Part shown: piece by piece, positions 29,036-36,346 of the stretch | Position numbering within the stretch: position 1 is the stretch's first letter | How the letters are laid out: every line of letters begins with the position of its first letter | Source: an uncultured Sulfurovum sp. | Lineage (GTDB): Bacteria > Campylobacterota > Campylobacteria > Campylobacterales > Sulfurovaceae | Assembly (NCBI GenBank): GCA_902727895.1 | Contig: CACVAP010000090.1 | Coordinates: 5,129 to 69,128 of the forward strand | DNA: 64,000 nucleotides | Direction of reading: 5' to 3' | Program-made: the position numbers and the translations under genes | The notes under the pieces: generated by a model | Told to the model about the DNA's origin: nothing | What the model saw: only the letters and a program-made list of their open reading frames with translations | The model's database searches: none

Positions 29036-29392
29036 TTATTCCTTAAACTTTATTTCTTTATCAAAAAATGCATACAATGCATTCTCAATAATACCTATAA
29101 CTTCATTTAAATCACTATCATTTGTTTCTCTAAAAAATGCTTCATTCACATAGTCATCAATTTCTATAATATAAGATTTATTTGGCATTAAAAACAAACA
29201 ATAAACTTCCCCCTCTGCCCACTCTCTACCTATAGGATTTAAAAGTGTTAGTAACATATCTTTTTTATTGGAAACTGCTCTCGTCCATTTGTTTGAAGGT
29301 ATTCTGTCTAAATAACTTGGAAATATTTTATATTTTCCAAGTTGTATATTTTCTCGTTCTAAATTTTTTGGTAGTTTTTTATAAAATTTCAT
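29036..29392 (-). CDS. hypothetical protein (118 aa)
   Basis: Clean ORF whose stop lies 3 nt from the next gene's start. Very AT-rich. No recognisable motif. Confidence 0.45.
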   Translation of the reverse strand: MKFYKKLPKNLERENIQLGKYKIFPSYLDRIPSNKWTRAVSNKKDMLLTLLNPIGREWAEGEVYCLFLMPNKSYIIEIDDYVNEAFFRETNDSDLNEVIGIIENALYAFFDKEIKFKE

Positions 29393-29441
29393 TTTATTTT
29401 CCTTATATTTTTTAAGCCTTTCAGCAACACATCATTTCATA

Positions 29442-29849
29442 CTAATTTTTATTAACGGTGGATTGAAGACTAAATTTAATACTTACACAATAGCAAATAT
29501 CAGTCATCGATTTATTACTATTAACCCAAATATTCATAGACTCTTCTAAAAGCTTCTTATTTTCTCTTGTTCCTAAAGACTTACACTTATAAAAAGTTGT
29601 AAATTTTTTCATATCAGGGTCAAAAAATGTACTTGTTTCATTTAACTCTATTTCTACTTTTGAATATTTATCAGCTAACATATATCTTACACCTATAGAA
29701 AAAAACCATACATCCGTTATTTTGTCATATAAACCTTGATGCTTAATATTGAACTCTTTTTGAAACTGGGATTTATATTTACTCCATAATCCATCTAAGT
29801 TATATTTTGCTATCTCTTTTTCAGTAATTTCTCTTCTCATAAATGGCAT
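29442..29849 (-). CDS. hypothetical protein (135 aa), translationally coupled to nadV
   Basis: ATG at 29849 has GAGG 7 nt upstream, inside the nadV 3' end. An alternative ATG at 29840 forms an ATGA overlap with the nadV stop. No recognisable motif. Confidence 0.45.
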   Translation of the reverse strand: MPFMRREITEKEIAKYNLDGLWSKYKSQFQKEFNIKHQGLYDKITDVWFFSIGVRYMLADKYSKVEIELNETSTFFDPDMKKFTTFYKCKSLGTRENKKLLEESMNIWVNSNKSMTDICYCVSIKFSLQSTVNKN

Positions 29850-31207
29850 CTTCTAACCTCATCAAACCCAAACTCTTTTAACAACTTCCCATTCCTAAAC
29901 ACAGGAACTAAAAGATTCTCCCTATCCCCCAACTCCTCAACCCTTACAGTCTCAAAATCTTTAGTCAAACCCAACCTCCCCCTCTTAGACCTCTTCCCAC
30001 TATCAGTAACAGGGTCTTTATAAACATCTCGCCACTCTCCATCAACACAAATAGCCGAAGCTTTCATGGCAAATCTAAAGTCATCTCTATTAGGTTCTTG
30101 TAAAAGACCTCCACCCATTCCAAAGGCGATGTTATCAGCAGAAAAACCTTCATTTTTTAAAACTTCCAATATCTCTTTAATAGCTTCCTTATCTACCCCA
30201 TCACCTTGGATAATACGTACTGAATCATCTAAAACAATATAACCTTTTGAATTCTTATATCCTCCAAAGGTTTTATAGACTCGTTTCATCACTTCTAGGA
30301 CTATCTCTTTTGGTTCTCCTGAGTCTGGGCGAATGACTAAAGTTGCTCCACTCTGTTTTACTTGTTCTTTTAGCTCTTTACCCCAAATGTTACTTACAGC
30401 ATTGTAGATGTCATATGAGTCTGAAACCACAGCAAAGATTTTACCCTCTCCTCCAAACTGTTTAACCATGTTAGCATAAGCATCACTTTCACCTTCTCTT
30501 TGCCATGAAGTCATGGTTGAGTGTTCAGAAGCTGGAATGGAAAAACCTGCCATCTCTGCTCCATAGTATCTTCTAGCACCCATAACTCCTGACAAGTTAT
30601 CAGTACCTTGAAAATTGACTAAGTGAGCCATGCCACCAAGCATTGCTGATTCTTCACTTGATGTTCCTCTAGCTCCAAAGTCGTGTAGTTTAAAAGGAAG
30701 TTCAGCCTCTACATTATCACTTGTTTCTTCTAGGTAGTTTCGGATAATCTCTTTTATAGAGTATGAAAGGGTCGCTACCGTTGTTGGAAACCATATGGCT
30801 CTGAGTAAAGCTGTCTCCATATATGACGTTAACCATGGAACCTTCTTATCAGTATTGATTACTTGTACCAAGGGGCATTTTAAAGGTATTAACATTCCTT
30901 CTTTTACTGCTGATATCTCTATGGGTAAATACCCCTCATATTCATCTAAAATATATTGCCATCCCTCTTCGTTAAAAGGTAATCCGTGAGCCGTTATGAT
31001 TGCTTTGGCTTCATCTATGTCCTCTTGGGTAATCGGCGTTAACAAGTACTCTTTTATGAATGCTTGTAATCCAAAGAAAAGTGTTTTAGGGTAGTCTCCA
31101 CCTCGTGCTTCTATGTATGAAGAAACATACTCACTCTTTGGTGGGTATTGTAAGTAGTGACTTGATTTGTAGCTGTCTGTGTTTAGTATTATGTTCTTTG
31201 TGTTCAT
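29837..31207 (-). CDS. nadV: nicotinamide phosphoribosyltransferase (NAMPT)
   Basis: 456 aa. The N-terminus NIILNTDSYKSSHYLQYPP, DFGARGTSS and RPDSGEP are characteristic of NadV/NAMPT. Confidence 0.9.
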   Translation of the reverse strand: MNTKNIILNTDSYKSSHYLQYPPKSEYVSSYIEARGGDYPKTLFFGLQAFIKEYLLTPITQEDIDEAKAIITAHGLPFNEEGWQYILDEYEGYLPIEISAVKEGMLIPLKCPLVQVINTDKKVPWLTSYMETALLRAIWFPTTVATLSYSIKEIIRNYLEETSDNVEAELPFKLHDFGARGTSSEESAMLGGMAHLVNFQGTDNLSGVMGARRYYGAEMAGFSIPASEHSTMTSWQREGESDAYANMVKQFGGEGKIFAVVSDSYDIYNAVSNIWGKELKEQVKQSGATLVIRPDSGEPKEIVLEVMKRVYKTFGGYKNSKGYIVLDDSVRIIQGDGVDKEAIKEILEVLKNEGFSADNIAFGMGGGLLQEPNRDDFRFAMKASAICVDGEWRDVYKDPVTDSGKRSKRGRLGLTKDFETVRVEELGDRENLLVPVFRNGKLLKEFGFDEVRRCHL

Positions 31208-31261
31208 AGAAAATCCTTCTATTATGATAAATGTTCTTTACCGTCTTTCGGTTTGGAACCT

Positions 31262-31407
31262 GTAGGTCGGGCTGTCCTCTGCCCGACACCTATTTAAATA
31301 ACCAATATATTTCATTGTTCAATGTATATTTTTATGCCAATAACTTTTGTTTTATTGAGTTTTTATTTTATGCATATTATTGTCGGTCAGAGGACAGCCC
31401 GACCTAC
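31262..31407. repeat. MITE-like/BIME-like element bounded by 26-nt inverted REP-type hairpins
   Basis: Left end is GTAGGTCGGGCTGTCCTCTGCCCGAC (31262-31287). The right end (31382-31407) is its reverse complement with 25/26 identity. Each end is itself a 7-bp-stem hairpin, and the AT-rich core is about 94 nt. Confidence 0.6.
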
Positions 31408-31412
31408 GATTT

Positions 31413-32423
31413 CTACCCAACCATAGCCTGAATAATATGAAAATGATCTTCAAACATCATTTCAGGCTTTACTTCAGCAAAAGGAACCCAAAAAGCTTTG
31501 GCAGCGTCATCACCACCTTTTACTTTTGGTAGACTCTCACCTTTTAACTCTATGAGATAAGCATGGGTAACGGTACGACCTCGTGCTGAACGGTGTGGGT
31601 TATCAAATACTTCTTGTTTTGTAATGCTTCCTGCTAAAACAGGAGCTGGTACTTTTATGCGTGTCTCTTCTCTTAGTTCACGAATAACAGCTGTTTTTAA
31701 TGTCTCATTCCCATCTAAAAATCCACCAGGTAATGCCATAAGACCTTTTCCTGGTTGGGCTTTTCTTTCTATGAGTAAAATATGTCCAGACTGAACCACC
31801 ACAGCATCTACGGTAATGAACATTGGTGTGTAAGGAGCTTTGTCCCATGCACTCTTGTATTTCTTTACAAAATAAAATTCATTTTGAACTTCTTCAAATG
31901 CTTTAGTCTTTTTGAACTTTTCTAAAGCCATGGCTATATTAGAATTTAATGGATTTGTAAACTCTTGATCATCAAAATAAAGTTCTCTAATATCTGTAGA
32001 AGAAATATTTTCATAGTTCTCTACCTCTTCACGTTCCCATTGAGGAAATTGTGTTAAGTAGTCTGATGTATTGTCTTTTTGGTGACCTATGAGTCCAACT
32101 TTGGGTTTAGAAGCAATCTTATTATGCACAACACCTGAAACCAAGAGTTGAACGGATTTAATCCATAATTGGTTGTTGTAAGTTTGGTCAAGTAGAGGAA
32201 AAGCTAAAATTCGTCTGTTTTCTTCTTCTGAAAAAGCCAAACGCATAAATGATTCTCGTTCATTAAAATCCCATGGATTACGAACCGTACGTGGCTGATA
32301 AGCTGAACCAACTAAAACAATAACTTTGTCTGATAATTGTAATGCTTTACGAATAACACTTTCGTGTCCTGTGTGAAATGGCTGAAATCTGCCTATAAAA
32401 ATGAGGTAATCATACTTCATCAC
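31413..32423 (-). CDS. nadM: bifunctional NMN adenylyltransferase / Nudix (ADP-ribose pyrophosphatase-type) hydrolase
   Basis: 336 aa. N-terminal nucleotidyltransferase motif FIGRFQPFHTGH and C-terminal Nudix box GGFLDGNETLKTAVIRELREETRI. Confidence 0.9.
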   Translation of the reverse strand: MMKYDYLIFIGRFQPFHTGHESVIRKALQLSDKVIVLVGSAYQPRTVRNPWDFNERESFMRLAFSEEENRRILAFPLLDQTYNNQLWIKSVQLLVSGVVHNKIASKPKVGLIGHQKDNTSDYLTQFPQWEREEVENYENISSTDIRELYFDDQEFTNPLNSNIAMALEKFKKTKAFEEVQNEFYFVKKYKSAWDKAPYTPMFITVDAVVVQSGHILLIERKAQPGKGLMALPGGFLDGNETLKTAVIRELREETRIKVPAPVLAGSITKQEVFDNPHRSARGRTVTHAYLIELKGESLPKVKGGDDAAKAFWVPFAEVKPEMMFEDHFHIIQAMVG

Positions 32424-32449
32424 TAAGCTCCTTAGCGAAATAAATTTAC

Positions 32450-32455
32450 ATTATA
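32450..32455 (-). promoter_or_regulatory. putative -10 box (TATAAT on minus strand) for the nadM cluster
   Basis: The minus strand reads CCCATATAATGTAAATTTATTTCGCTAAGGAGCTTAGTGATG. TATAAT lies about 16 nt upstream of the AAGGAG RBS of nadM. Confidence 0.25.
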
Positions 32456-32477
32456 TGGGTCTATCCCTAATGTAGAA

Positions 32478-32503
32478 CAGCATCAAAAAATCCTTTTGAG
32501 CTG
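32478..32503 (-). terminator. imperfect hairpin after the small lipoprotein gene
   Basis: The minus strand reads CAGCTCAAAA-GGATT-TTTTGATGCTG (one bulged base), 22 nt after the stop at 32526. Confidence 0.35.
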
Positions 32504-32525
32504 TTAAAAGTGTAACATAGTTTTC

Positions 32526-32717
32526 TTAATAGTGTTTAACTACTTCTATTCTTGAACGTCTAATGTGTTCTGGTATAAACTCTGCTGAGATAGTAGGTTC
32601 TGCACTACTTGTACGTATCTCAACTCTATCTTTTGTAGGAGCTTTGGGAGTTGGTTCTTTCTCGCTACATCCTATAAAAAATAAAATTACTGATAGCATC
32701 AATATGGTTTTTTTCAT
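32526..32717 (-). CDS. small lipoprotein (63 aa), hypothetical
   Basis: The signal peptide ends in the lipobox FFIGC (MKKTILMLSVILFFIGCSEK). Confidence 0.5.
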   Translation of the reverse strand: MKKTILMLSVILFFIGCSEKEPTPKAPTKDRVEIRTSSAEPTISAEFIPEHIRRSRIEVVKHY

Positions 32718-32793
32718 AATCTTCCTTATATGCTGAAATGCTCTAACAAGCGAGCAATGAAAGTATAGAGATTTTCAACTTAATATGACATTC

Positions 32794-33438
32794 TTATAAA
32801 GAAGCCATCAAGTAGTTATCATTCACTACACGACGTCCCCATAAGAAACGATCTTTATAAAACGATTTATTATCAAAATTATATACAACTATTTTTTTTG
32901 CAGCTGAACTTGCATGAATAAAGTTTCCAGATCCTAAATAAATGCCCACATGGGAAACAATACCTGATCTCTTTTTCTTAGTATCAAAAAATACCATATC
33001 TCCTCTTACTAGGTCTCCATATGCAATAAATTGACCAACTCTTGCCTGATCTCTCGATACTCTAGGAATATTAATCCCAGCATCACGATAAATTTTTTGT
33101 GTAAAACCTGAACAGTCATAAGTAGAAGGTCCAGTTGCACCCCATACATATTTAATGCCCAAAAGTTTTTTTGCATTTTGCTCTATCTCATTAACAACAG
33201 TATAATGATTACGCATGTATGTTTGAACTCTATCTCCATCAGCACTAGATAGATGATAGTTTCCTTGAGTAGGATAAGTTTGAGCTAAAGGTAGTTGACT
33301 TGTCTGCCCTGAGCTAACACCAATAATTGCTAATGTACTCAATTTTTTATCCTCAGGTTTTGGTGAGCTCTTTGAGCAGGCTGTAAATAGTGTTAAAGAG
33401 GTTAAAAGCATTAAATTTGTAAAAGTTATTATCTTCAT
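32794..33438 (-). CDS. C40 family (NlpC/P60) cell-wall peptidase lipoprotein
   Basis: 214 aa. Lipobox LFTAC, catalytic Cys motif YVWGATGPSTYDCSGFT and the His region VSHVGIYLG. Confidence 0.85.
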   Translation of the reverse strand: MKIITFTNLMLLTSLTLFTACSKSSPKPEDKKLSTLAIIGVSSGQTSQLPLAQTYPTQGNYHLSSADGDRVQTYMRNHYTVVNEIEQNAKKLLGIKYVWGATGPSTYDCSGFTQKIYRDAGINIPRVSRDQARVGQFIAYGDLVRGDMVFFDTKKKRSGIVSHVGIYLGSGNFIHASSAAKKIVVYNFDNKSFYKDRFLWGRRVVNDNYLMASL

Positions 33439-33600
33439 AAGTGTATCTCCTTTTCATTTTTTAATATTTGATTTTCTTCTGTTTCTAAAAATAGTATAGC
33501 AGTAATAATGTGTTCTAATTGTGATTTTTTTAAAGTTTTTTATTTTTCAGAAACCTTTTCAAAGCATTATATTGTGGGATATTATTTATTATTTTCTATC

Positions 33601-33634
33601 TAATATGTTATGTTTTTTTCTATTTAACATATTA
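33601..33634. promoter_or_regulatory. candidate operator: 10-bp perfect inverted repeat with 14-nt spacer
   Basis: TAATATGTTA-N14-TAACATATTA in the 352-bp AT-rich region upstream of the putative nickel transporter/sodN cluster. Confidence 0.25.
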
Positions 33635-33665
33635 ATATAAGATAAAATTATTTAGTTAAAGTTTC

Positions 33666-33681
33666 AATATTTATAAATATT
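33666..33681. promoter_or_regulatory. 16-bp perfect palindrome (candidate regulator site)
   Basis: AATATTTATAAATATT, about 110 nt upstream of the 33791 start. Palindromes are common in AT-rich DNA, so support is weak. Confidence 0.2.
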
Positions 33682-33790
33682 AAAAATATAATATATAAAT
33701 ATCTAATAATAAATATTTATAATGTCTGTTATTAAAAATTAATAATACTTTGGCTATAGTCTTGGACAGGAAGTAACAAAGGAAACTACT

Positions 33791-34432
33791 ATGGAATATA
33801 GCCTTATCATCATACTTTATTATGGTATTTTACATGCTCTTGGACCTGATCATTTATCAGCCATTGCACTCTTTTCAATTGGGAAAAATAAAAAAGAAAC
33901 AATTACTCTTAGTCTGCTCTTTGCTTTTGGGCATGGATTAATGCTATACATAATGGCTCAAATAATTACCTACTTTGCTAATGATGAACTTTTGGCTTAT
34001 GGTGATGTTATTTCTGCAGCTGTTATCTTACTTATGGGTCTATATCTGGTCTATTTAGCCTATACAGATAAAATAAAAATTGATAAACACCAACATGCAA
34101 ATGAAAAACATACACATATATACTATAAAGATGCACATTTACATGACAAAAGTATTCTTCTTTCACTAGGGTTACTAATGGGTGTGGGTGGTATACGTGG
34201 TATGCTCGTTACCTTGTCAGCTGTTTCACATCAAGCAGTAGGGGTAGAGATGATTTTAGCCTTTATTATAGGAGTAAGTATTGTCTTTTTGTGTTTTGGT
34301 TACTTAATCTACCTCATCAATGAACGTCTTGCTCTCTCTACTAATAGTCTACGTTATGCTCTATTTTCAGTAGGTCTTTTTTCTGTTATTATAGGTTCTT
34401 ACAATTTATCAGGAGTTTACAGTGTCAACTAA
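33791..34432 (+). CDS. putative nickel/cobalt transporter (NicO/RcnA- or HupE/UreJ-like)
   Basis: 213 aa, about 6 TM helices. N-terminal metal motif GILHALGPDHLSAI and a central His-rich loop DKHQHANEKHTHIYYKDAHLHDK. It lies directly upstream of sodN. Confidence 0.6.
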   Translation: MEYSLIIILYYGILHALGPDHLSAIALFSIGKNKKETITLSLLFAFGHGLMLYIMAQIITYFANDELLAYGDVISAAVILLMGLYLVYLAYTDKIKIDKHQHANEKHTHIYYKDAHLHDKSILLSLGLLMGVGGIRGMLVTLSAVSHQAVGVEMILAFIIGVSIVFLCFGYLIYLINERLALSTNSLRYALFSVGLFSVIIGSYNLSGVYSVN

Positions 34433-34916
34433 TGTACTCTCGTGTGAATTATTACTACATGCAGATGATTTAGACACCTTAGAACAACTCGTATTTAATG
34501 GTGCTGATCTAAACTATCAAGCTGAAAATGGTTGGTGTTTACTTTTTGAGTTTGCATCTTTGGACTTGCATAAAGAGCTAAGTCACTTTGCAAGAAAAAA
34601 CTTAAATATCTTCAACAGTGATACAAAAGGAAGAACAGCCATCTTTTGGGCAATATATCATTCTAAAGTAGAAAGTTTAAAAGTACTCCTACAACTAGGA
34701 TGTGATGCAAATGAAGATGCTATATCTGCACTTCCAGCTTTACATTATGCTGTTTATAAGAATAATACTAATATAGTCGAAACATTATTAGCACATGGTG
34801 CAGACATTCATAAAGAAGATGATTTAGGACATACTGCTTTATCTTATGCACAGGTTTATGAACGTGAAGAGATGATTAAACTTTTAGAATTACACGGTGC
34901 TGTAAAGCCAATTTAG
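34422..34916 (+). CDS. ankyrin repeat protein
   Basis: 164 aa with 3-4 ANK repeats (GRTAIFWAIYHSKVESLKVLLQLGCDAN; LHYAVYKNNTNIVETLLAHGADIH; GHTALSYA). GTG start with AGGAG 7 nt upstream. It overlaps the transporter gene by 11 nt. Confidence 0.8.
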   Translation: MSTNVLSCELLLHADDLDTLEQLVFNGADLNYQAENGWCLLFEFASLDLHKELSHFARKNLNIFNSDTKGRTAIFWAIYHSKVESLKVLLQLGCDANEDAISALPALHYAVYKNNTNIVETLLAHGADIHKEDDLGHTALSYAQVYEREEMIKLLELHGAVKPI

Positions 34917-34982
34917 ACTATACTTTATAGTTTAAGTTGGCTCTATTACGCCATAGAAATATATAAAATTGAAGGAATTACC

Positions 34983-35444
34983 ATGTTTAAACTAAATGAA
35001 GTAAAAGCACACTGTGACGTACCTTGTGGGATCTATGATCCATCAGCAGCTCAAATTGCAGCATTATCAGTAATCAGAATGATTGACTTAATGAATACAG
35101 CAGAAAAAGGTGCTGATGACGTAGCATACCATAATGATATGGCAAGATATGTTGCTGTTAAAGAAACAGAAGCTATTAAATGTAAAGACGAAATTGCTAT
35201 TATTTGGGGAGACTTTATTAAGCCTCCACACTTAATTAAATACCCAGATTTACATACACTAGCTCATAAAATCATGATGCTTGGTGGTGCTGCTAAGCAA
35301 CACGCATCAAGAGAAAAAGGTATGGAATTACTTGCAGCAGTAAACGAATTTGCAGCAATTTTCTGGGAAATCAAAGGTGTTAAAACTCAAACAGTTACAG
35401 CTCCTTACGCTCCTAGCGAATCTGTAATTTCTCCAGTTCTTTAA
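34983..35444 (+). CDS. sodN: nickel-containing superoxide dismutase precursor
   Basis: 153 aa. A 9-aa leader MFKLNEVKA is followed by the Ni-hook HCDVPCGIYDP. DFIKPPHLIKYPDLHTLA matches the region I remember from Streptomyces NiSOD (DYFKPPHFESYPELHTLV). Confidence 0.9.
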   Translation: MFKLNEVKAHCDVPCGIYDPSAAQIAALSVIRMIDLMNTAEKGADDVAYHNDMARYVAVKETEAIKCKDEIAIIWGDFIKPPHLIKYPDLHTLAHKIMMLGGAAKQHASREKGMELLAAVNEFAAIFWEIKGVKTQTVTAPYAPSESVISPVL

Positions 35445-35455
35445 GAACTACTTTT

Positions 35456-35734
35456 ATGATTAGAATCTTTAAAGTTTCTGGTCATTCTCTCTTCCCACTT
35501 CTTCAAGATGGGCAGAGAGTTTTCTGCATTAAAACTTTCAACTTTACTAAACTTAAAATATCAGACATTCTTGTCTTTGAAAAAGAACCCCATGGTCTTA
35601 TGATTAAAGAATTAAAGTCCATAGATGAAAAAGGTTATTTTGTTCAAGGTACAGATCCTTTTAGCATTGACAGTCGTGACTTTGGTAGCATAAGTAAAAA
35701 AAGTATTAAATACAAAGTCCTCTTTAAATTTTAA
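35456..35734 (+). CDS. sodX: NiSOD maturation protease (S26 signal-peptidase-like)
   Basis: 92 aa. Ser motif VSGHSLFPLL, Lys region MIKELK and the C-terminal QGTDPFSIDSRDFGSIS (GDN..S.DSR.fG pattern). It lies 12 nt after sodN. Confidence 0.7.
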   Translation: MIRIFKVSGHSLFPLLQDGQRVFCIKTFNFTKLKISDILVFEKEPHGLMIKELKSIDEKGYFVQGTDPFSIDSRDFGSISKKSIKYKVLFKF

Positions 35735-35781
35735 TAGACTTCTTACCACAATTAGCTACAATAAACCAAAAAGGTTTAGCT

Positions 35782-36345
35782 ATGAAAAACATACTATTAT
35801 CACTTCTATTTCTAATCCCATTATCTATCCAAGCAGGAGACAAAATGTCAGACAAGACCCAAACATTTTATGATTTTAATGCCACATCCATCATCGGTGA
35901 GAACATCTCTATATCAAAATATAAAGGCAAAGTAGTTTTAATTGTCAACGTTGCGAGTAAATGTGGTTTTACCCCTCAATATGAAGGGCTACAAAAGCTT
36001 TATGAAGATCATAAAGATAATAATTTTACTATTTTAGCCTTCCCTTGTAATCAATTTAAAGAACAAGAACCAGCTGACCATAAAGAGATTCAAAACTTTT
36101 GTAAGACCAACTACAACATAAGCTTTCCTCTTTTTGAAAAGATTGATGTTAACGGTGAAAACACTCACCCACTCTATGAGTTTTTAAAGTCAGAAGTTAC
36201 AGGTCTTATGTGGAGTGAAAGCATTAAATGGAACTTTACTAAATTTTTAGTGAACAAAAACGGTAAAGTCATAGAACGTTATGGTTCAACAACTAAGCCT
36301 AAAGATATCGAAGAAGATATTTTAAAATTACTTAAAGAAAAATAG
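35782..36345 (+). CDS. glutathione peroxidase family protein with signal peptide
   Basis: 187 aa. Contains VNVASKCGFTPQY (Cys-type active site), FPCNQFKEQEP and WNFTKFLV. Confidence 0.9.
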   Translation: MKNILLSLLFLIPLSIQAGDKMSDKTQTFYDFNATSIIGENISISKYKGKVVLIVNVASKCGFTPQYEGLQKLYEDHKDNNFTILAFPCNQFKEQEPADHKEIQNFCKTNYNISFPLFEKIDVNGENTHPLYEFLKSEVTGLMWSESIKWNFTKFLVNKNGKVIERYGSTTKPKDIEEDILKLLKEK

Positions 36346-36346
36346 T

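Noticed and set aside
29411-29422. The 12-mer TTTAAGCCTTTC between the two orphan ORFs, identical to 13121-13132 next to the REP copy.
   Set aside because: It might be a fragment of the repeat family. However, there is no adjacent hairpin or GTAG head here, and a single 12-mer match in 64 kb of AT-rich DNA is not convincing by itself.
31231-31431. 66-aa ORF spanning the nadM-nadV intergenic region.
   Set aside because: It reads straight through both terminal hairpins of the palindromic repeat element, and the open frame is most simply a by-product of the repeat.
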